DNA of 41,623 nt from Chthoniobacteraceae bacterium (GTDB lineage Bacteria; Verrucomicrobiota; Verrucomicrobiia; Chthoniobacterales; Chthoniobacteraceae): assembly GCA_031409335.1 (NCBI GenBank), contig JANNWY010000313.1, positions 1 through 41,623 of the forward strand, given 5' to 3'. The translations under genes were made by a program, and so were the position numbers. Shown here piece by piece: positions 18,301 to 27,224 of the stretch. The notes beneath the pieces were generated by a model. It was not told where the DNA came from. It ran no database searches and saw nothing but the letters and a program-made list of their open reading frames with translations. Each line of letters starts with the position of its first letter. Position 1 is the stretch's first letter.

Positions 18301-21300
18301 CCGCCGCATCGACAACGACGTGATGCGCGATCTGCGCACCTTTTACGCGCCGGACGAAACGCCGGGACGCGCCGATCGCGAGCTGCGGCTCGGCGCGATC
18401 CGCGACCTCGCGAAACTCGTGCGGGCGAAAAACGATGCCGCCGCGAAAACGGCCTGGGTGCAGCGCTGGCGGGCGATCGACAACCCGCCAAGCGAATCGC
18501 TGTGTGCGCTTTTTTTCGCCGGAGCCAGCGGGCCGCTGCTCGATCACATTGAGGAACTTTCCGCCACCGCACCCGGCGACACGCTGCTCCGGCAGGGCTT
18601 CATCTGGCTCGCGCTCCAGACCGGCGAATTCGACCGCCTCGGCGCGTGGCATCTCGACAAACGCCGCACGCCCGCGGAGCGCGACTACCTGCTCATCGCG
18701 CTCGGGCAGCATCTGCAAACGCGCCCTGGCCGGGTCGAGCCCGGCCTGATGGAAAAACTTTTCCCGGAAGGCCACGTCCTCCGCGCATGGCAGACCGCGA
18801 GCCTGTTCGCCAGCCGCGGAAATTTCCGCGAGGCGACGCAGCTCGGTGAACGCGTTTTCCGCGCCGTCTCCACGCAGCGCGCGCGCTACGGTCTCGAGCT
18901 GGCGCACTGGCATTTGCAGCTCGGCGAACTCGATGCCGCGCGGCGCTATCTGCGCGAGTCGCTGGGCACTCCGGGTGAATCCTTCGAGGCGCCGGTTTAT
19001 TCCGTGCTGCGCGAATACTACCTGCTGCTTCCCGCCGCCGAACGCGCCACTTTTGCCGAGGCGTATCTGAATGCGATCGACGCCGAGGAACTGCCCCTGC
19101 ACGCCACGCTCTCCGGTGCCCTGCTCGCCGGCCTCGCGGGAAACGCGGACGAATCGCGCGCGCAACTCCGGCGCTTGCTGGGCATCGGCGCGATGGCCGG
19201 CGTGGACGATGAAGACAGCACGGCCGCCTCGCGGCTCTGGGATTCACTGCTCGTCAATGGCGTGCAACTGCAATCGTGGAAGCTCGATTCACTCGCGGAA
19301 TTCCTCTGGGAATCCGCGCTCTCCGACGAGGCGCGCATCCGGCTCGAAATCGACAGCGACTCCGCCACCGTCCGCGAAATGGTGCCTGGTGAAACGCGGA
19401 CCGGCGTTCAAGTCCGCGGCAGCCAGGGCGATCAAGTGCTCGCGCAGACGCGGGAAATCCGCGCGCGGCTCGCCGCCATTCAGTTACTGCGCGCCAGCCC
19501 GTTCGACGTGCCCGCGATTCTCGAAAAGTATCAGCCGCACTTTGGCTCCGACGGGCTGAATCTCGTGGCCGACAAACTCGAAGCCGCGGGCGCGTTTCCC
19601 CAGGCTGTGTTGCTGCATCGCGACGCGTGGGAGCGCGACGCCGCGAATCCGCACGCGCTGCGAAATCTCACCGCATCCTGCCGCGCCGCGAATGACAATG
19701 AGACGCTCGAGGAAATCCTCGCGCGCGCCGTGCGCGAAGGTCTTTTCCGCGGCAACGACGCCGTCCACCGCGATCTCGCGATGCAGCTCGCCGATTTGCT
19801 GGAATGGCGCGGCGCATATCCGCAGGCGCGGATCGTCCTCGGCGAAGCGATCGACAATGCCCCGCTCGACGCACGGCTGCTCCAGCGCCTCGCCCTGCTG
19901 CACGAGCGCGCGGGCCGCTTCGCCGATGCCGAGATCGCCTTCCGCCGCCTGCTCCAGATGGAGCCGGGAAACGCGCCCGCGCGCATGTCCCTTGCCGGCG
20001 TCATCGAAGCGCAGGAGCGCATCCCCGCGGCGCTCGAAGTGTTGGAAAAATCAACCGGACCCGACATCGCTCCGAAGCTGGTGCAGCTCTATTTCAAAGC
20101 CGGGCGTCCCGACGACGCCATCGCCACCGTCGAGCGCATCCCGCCGCCGAATCACAATTCCGTCGCGCTGCTGCTCGCCGATGATCTCGTGAAAAAAGGC
20201 GCGCTCCCGCAGGCGACGTTTGTCCTGCGCCAGGCGATGGCGCGCAACCCGGAGCCGCGCGCGGGCATTCCCCTGCACGCCCGGCTCATCGAACTGCTGC
20301 CGCCCGCCGCGGACCGGGCGACGGTGGCCCGCGAAATCCGCCGCCTGCGCCACATCACGGACGACCAGCCCGATCTGCTGGGCGGCTACTACGATCTGAT
20401 GATGCGTGAAGCACCGCGCCTGAAATTCGCGGCGGAATTTGCGCGCGAGCTTGCCAAAGATTGGGATGGCGGCGCGGGCCTCGCCGCGGCTGGCCTCGCG
20501 CTGGTCGAATGGCAATTGAAATCCGACGCGCGACCTGCCGCCGAGGCGACATGGGCGCGGCTGCTTTCCCGCGACGATCTCTCCGAACCGAGCCTCGTGA
20601 AAGCCGTCGAAGTGTTCACGGCAGCCGGTCTTCCCGAGCGGGCGATCGCCGCGCACCAGCGTCTCGCCCGCATCGCGCCGCTGAGTTACGCGCGCATGTT
20701 CGACCTCGTCAAAGCGCAGCACGCGCTCGGGCGCGACGTGGAAGCACTGGCCGCGCTCGATGAAGTCAGCCAGCGCGCCATCCTCAGCGACGAGATCGCC
20801 GCGCAGGCCGCGAAGCTTTACGGCCAACTAAAAAAGCCGGCGCGAGCGCGCGAACTTTTTGCGCACGCCGTCGCCGGCGATCCCTCGGCTCGCAGCTTCC
20901 GCGTCCATCTCGACTACGCGCAGCTCCTGCTCGCCGAAGGCGAAATCCCCGCCGCCCGGCAGCGCCTGCGCATCGCCTTCCGCAATCCCGCGAACCGCGA
21001 GTTCGGCGAGATCATTTCCTTTCTCGAAAAGACGGGACGGCTGCCGCAGTTCGAACAGGAAATCGCGGGCTACGAGCTGCGCCCGCAGATGATCCTCGCG
21101 GCGCGGCGCGCACTCTTCACCCATTTTGAAAAGGCGAAGGATACCGCGGCTGCCGTGGCGCTCGTGGATGCGCATCCCGGCATCATGGGATCCGGCATGA
21201 GCGCGCGCATCCGCGCGCTCGCCGTGGAATCGCGGCAATACGAAAAAGCCGCCGAGCTCTTCGAGAAAAGCGTGGCGCAAGCCCCGCTCGAAAGCGTCGA

Positions 21301-21577
21301 GCCGCGCGCCGAACTCGCCGCGCTCTACGGCGCGTGGGCCGAGGATGAGCTTTCCCTCGCGCAAGCCGACGCCGCGCTCGCGCACTTGAAACGCAGCCAC
21401 GAACTGAAGCCCGATCTTTTCACCCCCACGCAACGGCTCGCCGAAATCCTCGCCAAAAACGGGGACCCCGCCGGAGCCGCGCGCGTCGTGCAGGGTTTCC
21501 TCGCCGCATCGCAAATCCCCGCGGAGAAGGAAAGGGCGCAGCGGATTCTGGAGCGAATCGAGCAGGCTGACCGTTGA
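15317..21577 (+). CDS. Very large tetratricopeptide-repeat (TPR) protein, secreted
   Basis: About 2086 aa with a signal peptide (MIARHLLAGSIVFASLAAMA). TPR-like units throughout (e.g. AAAAFERASQRDPESPLPWLALG, AEIAFRRLLQMEPGNAPARMSLA). Confidence 0.88.
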   Translation: MIARHLLAGSIVFASLAAMAEPPNPKIVQRYKEMLAAKPVAGTVLDRLWQLFLDQNQTAELIASYQADATFASQMVLGELLRKAAQPAEAAAAFERASQRDPESPLPWLALGRIRSENAAHKAAAGALENALALLPENDPRSADILLQLGAAWLADGDIARAAEAWERTMALAPANLELRRQLATIYTDNRLHERALVHLDFLVKNAAPQERAQALQRIARIYQGTGSQDEALDALARALALTAPGNWLRADLQSQIIRLHQRYHRVPELEDRWKENVWDNPRDAAAFLQLIDLYERTGELELQREWLAKLVALAPNSPEYRTKLARLLVHMDDLPGAIALFDPLLKEQPGNVDLVFERARLDVQRGDTDAARARIATLLQTTKDSEAARAKALDFYETHRLNDLLEAHLKADAAGGAEDPVIALANFFFAQNREADAHATLDRLVPKNGAKEVQAAAFFKQAQILKTQNALPAAATALRKAIVLAAQPREMWELLGEIETALGKLADARLAFEQAVATSRAPAERLDADQRLFESFRVEPENNPPARHPSILPVPGSGSAEPNSVLQSYLLGMTRSAAEKPGVEGWLRVARWHLWSRNQRSALEYANKALALAPDAVETHEFMVKIAASDPRGTDAIKHLAILQRIDPARKAEYRRRAGQLELQAGRIAEAERIFTELTQETPGNIDALTDLALTQQRAEAWEKALATWRQIVALSPASRKKEATGPLLRVYERLNRHQEAAALLLSQIDAMGDEKSQLAAFADLLALCVKHQLVDWLRGELETRRKIRADDYFTEMAFGRILKATGNKAAAFEVLADASFAAPNQAEALPELVREAEELRRLDAAVRLQSQLVRILPQTGPAALVKLAQLQEKSTDLGGAAKTWERITTIFPRDATTLEQAVAFQTRWGSTARAATLLRQIRAIDPANLRALGQLARLDIEAGETAEAQQCLEQILARSTPEKPGLTLRIPGVIPEDAGRLRNDYLFSLRGNGRRIDNDVMRDLRTFYAPDETPGRADRELRLGAIRDLAKLVRAKNDAAAKTAWVQRWRAIDNPPSESLCALFFAGASGPLLDHIEELSATAPGDTLLRQGFIWLALQTGEFDRLGAWHLDKRRTPAERDYLLIALGQHLQTRPGRVEPGLMEKLFPEGHVLRAWQTASLFASRGNFREATQLGERVFRAVSTQRARYGLELAHWHLQLGELDAARRYLRESLGTPGESFEAPVYSVLREYYLLLPAAERATFAEAYLNAIDAEELPLHATLSGALLAGLAGNADESRAQLRRLLGIGAMAGVDDEDSTAASRLWDSLLVNGVQLQSWKLDSLAEFLWESALSDEARIRLEIDSDSATVREMVPGETRTGVQVRGSQGDQVLAQTREIRARLAAIQLLRASPFDVPAILEKYQPHFGSDGLNLVADKLEAAGAFPQAVLLHRDAWERDAANPHALRNLTASCRAANDNETLEEILARAVREGLFRGNDAVHRDLAMQLADLLEWRGAYPQARIVLGEAIDNAPLDARLLQRLALLHERAGRFADAEIAFRRLLQMEPGNAPARMSLAGVIEAQERIPAALEVLEKSTGPDIAPKLVQLYFKAGRPDDAIATVERIPPPNHNSVALLLADDLVKKGALPQATFVLRQAMARNPEPRAGIPLHARLIELLPPAADRATVAREIRRLRHITDDQPDLLGGYYDLMMREAPRLKFAAEFARELAKDWDGGAGLAAAGLALVEWQLKSDARPAAEATWARLLSRDDLSEPSLVKAVEVFTAAGLPERAIAAHQRLARIAPLSYARMFDLVKAQHALGRDVEALAALDEVSQRAILSDEIAAQAAKLYGQLKKPARARELFAHAVAGDPSARSFRVHLDYAQLLLAEGEIPAARQRLRIAFRNPANREFGEIISFLEKTGRLPQFEQEIAGYELRPQMILAARRALFTHFEKAKDTAAAVALVDAHPGIMGSGMSARIRALAVESRQYEKAAELFEKSVAQAPLESVEPRAELAALYGAWAEDELSLAQADAALAHLKRSHELKPDLFTPTQRLAEILAKNGDPAGAARVVQGFLAASQIPAEKERAQRILERIEQADR

Positions 21578-21698
21578 AGATCGAGCGCGCGGAGCGACGC
21601 GCCTGGGACGATCGACAAACCCGTTCGCCCGGGGATTCAATCGCCGCTTTACATGAAGAAGTGCAGTCCTAACCTCGCCGCCACTCCGCCATCCCGGC

Positions 21699-22346
21699 AT
21701 GGATCAAAAGCTACTTTTTCTCATCAATCGCGAGTGGACGAATGCCGGGCTCGACTGGTTCATGGCTGCGATTTCGTGCTTTGCCGCGTGGGTCCCGCTC
21801 TTCCTCGTCCTCTTGCTCTTCCTCTTGCTCAAAGGCGGCTTCAAAGTGCGCGCGTTTCTCATCACCGCCGCGCTCATCGTCGGGATCAATGACGGGCTCG
21901 TGTCGAAACCCCTGAAGCGTCTCGTCGATCGCCCGCGTCCGCATCAGGCGGTGAACGATCTGCGGGTGGTGGATCTGGCGAAGGCGTCGCCGCGGATGTT
22001 GGCGCTGTTCAAGCCGGCCAAGGTCACGCTTTCCCGCGCGGCCACGGAGGATGTGGAGGGGCGTTCGTTTCCTTCGGCGCACACGATGAATTGCTTTTCC
22101 GCCGCGCTGGTCGCGCTCTGTTTTTTCGGATGGCGCGCGGCGTGGGGCTTTCTGCTCGCGGCGCTCGTCGGCTACTCGCGCATCTACAATGGCGCGCACT
22201 GGCCGAGCGATGTCATCACGTCCGCCGTGTTCGCCTTTGGCACCACGCTGATGCTGATGGCGCTCGCCGAGCGGCTCTGGCAAAGGGCGGGGCGGCGCCT
22301 GCTGCCGCAAATCCACGCGCTGCATCCGAGCCTGCTCGCCACATGA
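21699..22346 (+). CDS. PAP2-family membrane phosphatase
   Basis: KRLVDRPRP, SFPSAH, SRIYNGAHWPSDV motifs. Confidence 0.92.
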   Translation: MDQKLLFLINREWTNAGLDWFMAAISCFAAWVPLFLVLLLFLLLKGGFKVRAFLITAALIVGINDGLVSKPLKRLVDRPRPHQAVNDLRVVDLAKASPRMLALFKPAKVTLSRAATEDVEGRSFPSAHTMNCFSAALVALCFFGWRAAWGFLLAALVGYSRIYNGAHWPSDVITSAVFAFGTTLMLMALAERLWQRAGRRLLPQIHALHPSLLAT

Positions 22347-23923
22347 TTCCGCGCCGCTGGCTCTACGTTTTCCTCGCCACGTTGACGCTGCTCCGCCTCG
22401 CGTTTGCGGCGCAGCCCGAGCTTTTCCCGGACGAGAGCTATTACTTCATGTGGAGCGAGCGGATGGACATTTGCTACTTCAGCAAAGGCCCCGGCGTCGC
22501 GTCGGCGATCTGGCTCGGCACGCATCTTTTTGGCGCGAATGAATTCGGTGTGCGCGTGCTCAGTCCGCTGTTCGGGCTCGGCACGAGTCTGCTGCTGTTC
22601 TCATTCGCGCGGCGGCTCTACGGTGAGTCGGTCGGCATCTGGACTGCGGTGATGATCAATCTCCTGCCAATTTTCAACGTTGGCAGTCTCGTGATGACGA
22701 TCGACACGCTCTCGATCTTTTTCTGGACCGCATCGCTCTACACCTTCTGGCTCGCGCTCGAGCGCAGCCCGGATTTTTCCAAATGGTGGCCCGCCACCGG
22801 CGCGCTGATCGGCCTCGGTTTTCTCTCGAAATACACCAACGCGATGGAACTCGTTTCCATCCTTCTGATCCTCGCGATCACTCCGAAATTCCGCCGCGAA
22901 TTCCGCCGGCCCGGTTTCTGGACGATGCTCGTCGTGGCGTCCCTTTTCACCTTGCCGCCGATCATCTGGAATGCGCGGCACGACTGGGTGACGCTGTCGC
23001 ACCTCGGAGATCGCGGCGGCCTGCACAAAGGATTCGCGGTCAATTTCGGCGAACTGGGCGAGTTCATCGCGATCCATTTCGGCGTCTATTCGCCGCTCAT
23101 TTTTCTCGGGATGGTGATCGCCGCGGGGTGGGGCGTGCGACGCGCGCGGCATCAGTGGAAGCCGCGTTTCCTGCTCGCGTTTTCGCTCCCGCTTTTCGCG
23201 CTCTATGGCTGGCTCTCGCTGAAACAAGCGGGCGAACCGAACTGGACCGCGCCCGCCGTGATCAGCCTCGGCGTGCTCGCCGTCGCGTTCTGGCACGAGC
23301 GCGCGACGACTTCCCGCGGCGCGCGGATTTTCTCCGTCGGCGCGCTCGCGTTCGGGCTCGTGGCGAGCCTGCTCGTCATCAATCTCGACGCCGTGCGCGC
23401 AGTGGGAATCGCGTGGCCTTACAAACGCGATCCCGGGGCACGGATGCGCGGCTGGCAGACTGCGGCGGCGAAGGTGGAGCAGTTGCGCGCGGACTTCGAG
23501 GCGCAGCTCGGCGAGAAAGTATTCCTGATCGCGAACGAGCACGAAGTCGCGGCGAGCCTCGCCTTTTACATGAAGGAAAAGCGCCCCGAAGGCCTGGCGC
23601 ACCCGCCCGTGTACATTCCGGAATCGCAGGCGCTCGTGGACCAGTTCAGCTTTTGGCATCGCTACGATGAATTCGTGGACGCCGCGGAAGCGCCGCACAT
23701 CCCGCGCGACGAATTTTTCATGGAGGAGGGCGGCGTGAATCCCTTCATGGGCCGCACCGCGCTCTACATCACCGATCGTGCCGAGGAAAAATCGCCGTCC
23801 GCGATCAAGGGCGGCTTCGAGCAGGTGGAAATGATCGCGTGCATCGACCAGGCGCGGCGCGGGATGCCGCTGCGCCAGTTGCGCGTCTTTGCGTGTCGCC
23901 GCTACCGCAGTCTTCCGCTTTAG
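22343..23923 (+). CDS. Glycosyltransferase family 39 / ArnT-like membrane protein
   Basis: DESYYFMWS, YFSKGPG, GLGFLSKY and many TM helices. ATGA overlap with the PAP2 gene. Confidence 0.88.
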   Translation: MIPRRWLYVFLATLTLLRLAFAAQPELFPDESYYFMWSERMDICYFSKGPGVASAIWLGTHLFGANEFGVRVLSPLFGLGTSLLLFSFARRLYGESVGIWTAVMINLLPIFNVGSLVMTIDTLSIFFWTASLYTFWLALERSPDFSKWWPATGALIGLGFLSKYTNAMELVSILLILAITPKFRREFRRPGFWTMLVVASLFTLPPIIWNARHDWVTLSHLGDRGGLHKGFAVNFGELGEFIAIHFGVYSPLIFLGMVIAAGWGVRRARHQWKPRFLLAFSLPLFALYGWLSLKQAGEPNWTAPAVISLGVLAVAFWHERATTSRGARIFSVGALAFGLVASLLVINLDAVRAVGIAWPYKRDPGARMRGWQTAAAKVEQLRADFEAQLGEKVFLIANEHEVAASLAFYMKEKRPEGLAHPPVYIPESQALVDQFSFWHRYDEFVDAAEAPHIPRDEFFMEEGGVNPFMGRTALYITDRAEEKSPSAIKGGFEQVEMIACIDQARRGMPLRQLRVFACRRYRSLPL

Positions 23924-23996
23924 CCTCCTGACGAATACATTCCCAAGTTATCGCAGCGGGTTGAGGGGATTTGCCGCTTCACGCGCGGCTCACGAT

Positions 23997-24491
23997 TTAC
24001 GCCGCGAGCAGGTGCGTGCGGAGTTCCACGAAGGCGAATAGCTCCAGCAGGTCATCCACATGGAAAGGTTTGATGAGCACCGTGCCGTTCACGCTCGCGA
24101 TGAAATCGGTCGCCTTCCCATTCCCGCGATAGCCCGTCATGAAAATAAAGCGGTCGCAGAGGTGCGGACGCATCCTTTCCACCGCGCGGTAAAACATGTC
24201 GCCGGGGAGCGTCGGCATTTGCATGTCGCACAGGATGATTTCGAAGTCGCTCGCGAGCACTTCATGCACGCCTTCCACGCCATTTTGCACGGCGACCACG
24301 GCGTATCCGTTTTCATTGATGAACGTGCTCATGATCTCCTTGAAAGCCGGGTCGTCCTCGAGCAGCAGGACTTTCTTTTTCCCGAGCGAACCCACGTCGG
24401 GCTGGAGGCGGATTCCGGCGTTGGCTTTCGCCATCACGGCACCCGCGGGGGTATTGGCGACGGCGGGTGCGATTTGAGCAGTGGCGGACAT
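23997..24491 (-). CDS. Single-domain response regulator (receiver)
   Basis: VLLLEDD, IILCDMQMP, FMTG, KPF. Confidence 0.88.
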   Translation of the reverse strand: MSATAQIAPAVANTPAGAVMAKANAGIRLQPDVGSLGKKKVLLLEDDPAFKEIMSTFINENGYAVVAVQNGVEGVHEVLASDFEIILCDMQMPTLPGDMFYRAVERMRPHLCDRFIFMTGYRGNGKATDFIASVNGTVLIKPFHVDDLLELFAFVELRTHLLAA

Positions 24492-24561
24492 GGTGTGGGC
24501 GTGATTTTAATTTTCTACAAAGCAACGCCCATGCCCGCGCTCCGTGCGATTTGGAAAAAGT

Positions 24562-25944
24562 TTACCGCCAGTCATCCGCCGTTTTGACTGCGTCGTCCAT
24601 CATGGCGCGGCGCTCCAGCGGCTGGCTCCAGCGCCACTGGTGCTCGTCGTCAAGCGTGGCGATGGGATCGAAGTAGAGAAATTTCACGCCGGGCTTCACG
24701 CTCGGGCTGGTGAAAACGGCGATGCCGCTCGCGCGGTCGTAGTGTTCGTGGGAATGCACGTCGCGCTTTCCGCCGCCGCCCATCGTGTCCACGACGAACG
24801 CCGGCGTGTTGAAGCCCGCGGTCGCGCCGCGCACGTATTTTTCCAAACGCAGCGCGCTATCGAGCGTCGTGCGCAGGTCCTCCACGCCCGGAACGAGATC
24901 GTGCGTATAGACGTAATACGGATGCACGTTCACATGCCCGAGCCGCTTCACGAGAAGCTGCATGGTCTCCGGCGCGTCATTGACGGTGCGCTGGAGCACG
25001 GTCTGGCAGCGCACCAAGATGCCGCGCTCCGTCATCCGATTCATCGCCTTGCGCGTGATGCCGGTGATTTCGTTCGGGTGATTGAAATGCGTGTGAACGA
25101 CGACGTCTTTGTGCAGCCGGCGGCCGAGTTCGACGACTCGCGTGAGCGCGTCCAGCCACGGCTCATCGGTCAGGATTTTTTGCGGCAAAACGCACAGCCC
25201 TTTCGTGGCGTAGCGAATTCTGCGGATGTTCGGCATCTGCAAAAGCCGCTCGCCGATCAGCGCGATGTGATCCGCCTTCAAATTGTAGCTGTCGCCGCCG
25301 CTGATCACGATGTCTTCGAGTTCGGGCCGCGATTCGATGTAGGCGAACGCCTGTTCCCAGCGCGCGAGATTTGCGACCAGCCGCAGCTTTTCCACGCCCT
25401 CGGTGTCATTGCCGACGGTGTAGCTGCGCGTGCAAAAGCGGCAGTAAACCGGACACGAATCCTGCGGCAAAAACAGCGCCTTGTCCGGGTAGCGATGCGT
25501 CAGGCCGGGCACCGGCGCATCTGCCTGCTCGTGCAGCGAGTCGAGGCGGAGCATCGGGTGATCGGGAAGCTGCTGCGAGCGCAGCGGGAGAAATTGGGTG
25601 CGGATCGGATCGGCGAGCGGCGCGGTCCAATCCACGAGCGCGAGCAGATACGGCGAGATGCGCAGCGCCATCGGGGCGTGCCGCATCCCGGCGGCGAGGT
25701 CTTCATAAAAGCTCTCCGGGACGAGCGGCCCGAGCGTTTCCTGCAACTGCCGGACATTCGTGACGGCATTTTTTTGCTGAAAAAGATGCGACTCAAATTC
25801 GGCTGCGCTCACCTGCGCGTAGCCGGGAATACCGCGCCAGAATTCGTCTTCGCGCAGCTCCGTGTGCGTGAGGACCGGCGCTGGCCGCGCCGTGGCCGGG
25901 TGGGTGGAAGACGGAGGATCTACGTGTTGGGTGTCGAGGAGCAT
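24562..25944 (-). CDS. KamA-family radical SAM enzyme (lysine 2,3-aminomutase-like)
   Basis: GLTHRYPDK, CPVYCRFCTRS, ISGGD, HTHFNHPNEIT, and VVDTMGGGGK carrying the PLP-binding Lys. Confidence 0.9.
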   Translation of the reverse strand: MLLDTQHVDPPSSTHPATARPAPVLTHTELREDEFWRGIPGYAQVSAAEFESHLFQQKNAVTNVRQLQETLGPLVPESFYEDLAAGMRHAPMALRISPYLLALVDWTAPLADPIRTQFLPLRSQQLPDHPMLRLDSLHEQADAPVPGLTHRYPDKALFLPQDSCPVYCRFCTRSYTVGNDTEGVEKLRLVANLARWEQAFAYIESRPELEDIVISGGDSYNLKADHIALIGERLLQMPNIRRIRYATKGLCVLPQKILTDEPWLDALTRVVELGRRLHKDVVVHTHFNHPNEITGITRKAMNRMTERGILVRCQTVLQRTVNDAPETMQLLVKRLGHVNVHPYYVYTHDLVPGVEDLRTTLDSALRLEKYVRGATAGFNTPAFVVDTMGGGGKRDVHSHEHYDRASGIAVFTSPSVKPGVKFLYFDPIATLDDEHQWRWSQPLERRAMMDDAVKTADDWR

Positions 25945-25984
25945 GGTGATGCGGATGGTTGGATTTGGAATCGAGGGAGTTCGT

Positions 25985-26452
25985 TTAATCGGCCCTGCGC
26001 GGGCTCACTTTTTTCGCGCGCGGCGCAGCCTTGGATTCGAGCGAAATCGTGGCAACCACATCCGCGATCGAGCGGCGCGAGAGCGCGTCGTCCAGCGCCG
26101 CCTGCGCCGAGGAAAACACTTCGTCGAGCACGAGTACGATGTGCTTTCCGACGGGGCAGCGTTGATTCGGTTCGTGCCGGTGGCCGGAGAAACTTTGCGG
26201 CGATCCCATCGCGCGATACACCGCGCCGAGCGAAATATTTTCCGGTGCCAGCGCCAGCTTCACGCCGCCGCGCGCGCCCTTTGCCGTCGCCACCAGGCCA
26301 GCTTGTTGCAGGGTTGAAACGATGCGGCGGATCACCACGGGATTCGTGTTCACGCTGCCCGCCAGCACATCGGAAGTCACATCCTCTTTTTCCTTCAGAC
26401 CGAGGACGGCGAGAATGTGAACAGCAAAGGCGAATCGGCAATTGGCGGCCAT
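25985..26452 (-). CDS. Rrf2-family transcriptional regulator (YwnA/HypR/SifR-like)
   Basis: RFAFAVHIL, LAGSVNTNPVVIRR, GARGG, CPVGKHI. Start MAANC at 26452. Confidence 0.9.
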   Translation of the reverse strand: MAANCRFAFAVHILAVLGLKEKEDVTSDVLAGSVNTNPVVIRRIVSTLQQAGLVATAKGARGGVKLALAPENISLGAVYRAMGSPQSFSGHRHEPNQRCPVGKHIVLVLDEVFSSAQAALDDALSRRSIADVVATISLESKAAPRAKKVSPRRAD

Positions 26453-26463
26453 CAGCGGCGATC

Positions 26464-26490
26464 TGTAAGCGTCACGGTTACATTTGTCAA
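26464..26490 (-). promoter_or_regulatory. Rrf2 operator TGTAA-N9-TTACA immediately downstream of a TTGACA -35 box
   Basis: Minus strand reads TTGACA (26490-26485) aa TGTAACCGTGACGCTTACA (26482-26464), 11 nt upstream of the Rrf2 ATG. Confidence 0.7.
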
Positions 26491-26510
26491 ATACCGCGCC
26501 GCCTTCATTT

Positions 26511-26605
26511 AACACAGAGATACAAAGGACACGGAGATGCACAGAGCGGGAAAAAATTTCTGACTCTTTCTCTGTGAACCTCCGTGTCCTCTGTATCTCT
26601 GTGTT
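26511..26605. repeat. Long imperfect palindromic intergenic element
   Basis: AACACAGAGATACAAAGGACACGGAGATGCACAGAG pairs with CTCTGTGAACCTCCGTGTCCTCTGTATCTCTGTGTT (~36-bp arms, few mismatches), built from CACAGAG-like subunits. Confidence 0.85.
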
Positions 26606-26701
26606 TGAGCGAGAAACCCCGCCCCCCGAAAACCTCTTGTCAGCCCAAAGCCCGTTGCTAGAGTCGCGCCCCGCTCTCCAGAGAGCGTCCTTTTTATACG
26701 A

Positions 26702-27169
26702 ATGAATCTCGGAGATTTACTCTCGCTCGAACAGATCATCCCCGAGATGAAAGCCTCGGAACGTTGGTCGGCGATTGTCGAGTTGGTGGATGTCCTCGTC
26801 GGCGTCAAACTGGTGAACTCCGCGGATTCCGACACCGTGCTCGCCGCGCTCCGCCAGCGGGAGGAGACGATGAGCACGGGAATCGGCTTTGGCATTGCCA
26901 TTCCGCACGCTTCCTCCGATCGCGTGACGAAAGTCGTCGCGGCGTTCGGACGCTCCCGCGGCGGCATTGAGTTCGATTCGCTCGACAATGCGCCGGTGAA
27001 TTTCATCGTCCTTTTTGTCGTGCCAAAGGATCAATTCCAAACGCATCTCCGCACGCTCGCGGCGATCGCCAAGTTCCTGAACGACCGCTCCATCCGTGAC
27101 CGGCTCGGCACGGCAAAGACCGCGCAGGAAATTCTCGATATCTTCAAAAATCCTCCGCCCAAGGCGTAA
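26702..27169 (+). CDS. PTS sugar/nitrogen IIA-domain protein (PtsN-like)
   Basis: REETMSTGIGFGIAIPHA, GIEFDSLDNAPV, HLRTLAAIA. Confidence 0.9.
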   Translation: MNLGDLLSLEQIIPEMKASERWSAIVELVDVLVGVKLVNSADSDTVLAALRQREETMSTGIGFGIAIPHASSDRVTKVVAAFGRSRGGIEFDSLDNAPVNFIVLFVVPKDQFQTHLRTLAAIAKFLNDRSIRDRLGTAKTAQEILDIFKNPPPKA

Positions 27170-27224
27170 CGCGGCGCTGGGCGCACAGGCGGGTTTTCCT
27201 CCGGGCCGCGCGCCCATTTTTTTC

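Noticed and set aside
15344..19165. 1273-aa antisense ORF over the TPR gene (likewise 954-2576, 24544-26577, 28892-31486, 31780-33135)
   Set aside because: Shadow ORFs caused by high-GC codon bias on the strand opposite well-supported genes; Arg-rich with no domain motifs.
27178..27223. GC hairpin plus T-run just before argS (terminator or T-box attenuator?)
   Set aside because: The intergenic region is only 55 nt with no T-box motif and the stem is imperfect. It may be a weak terminator but cannot be supported.
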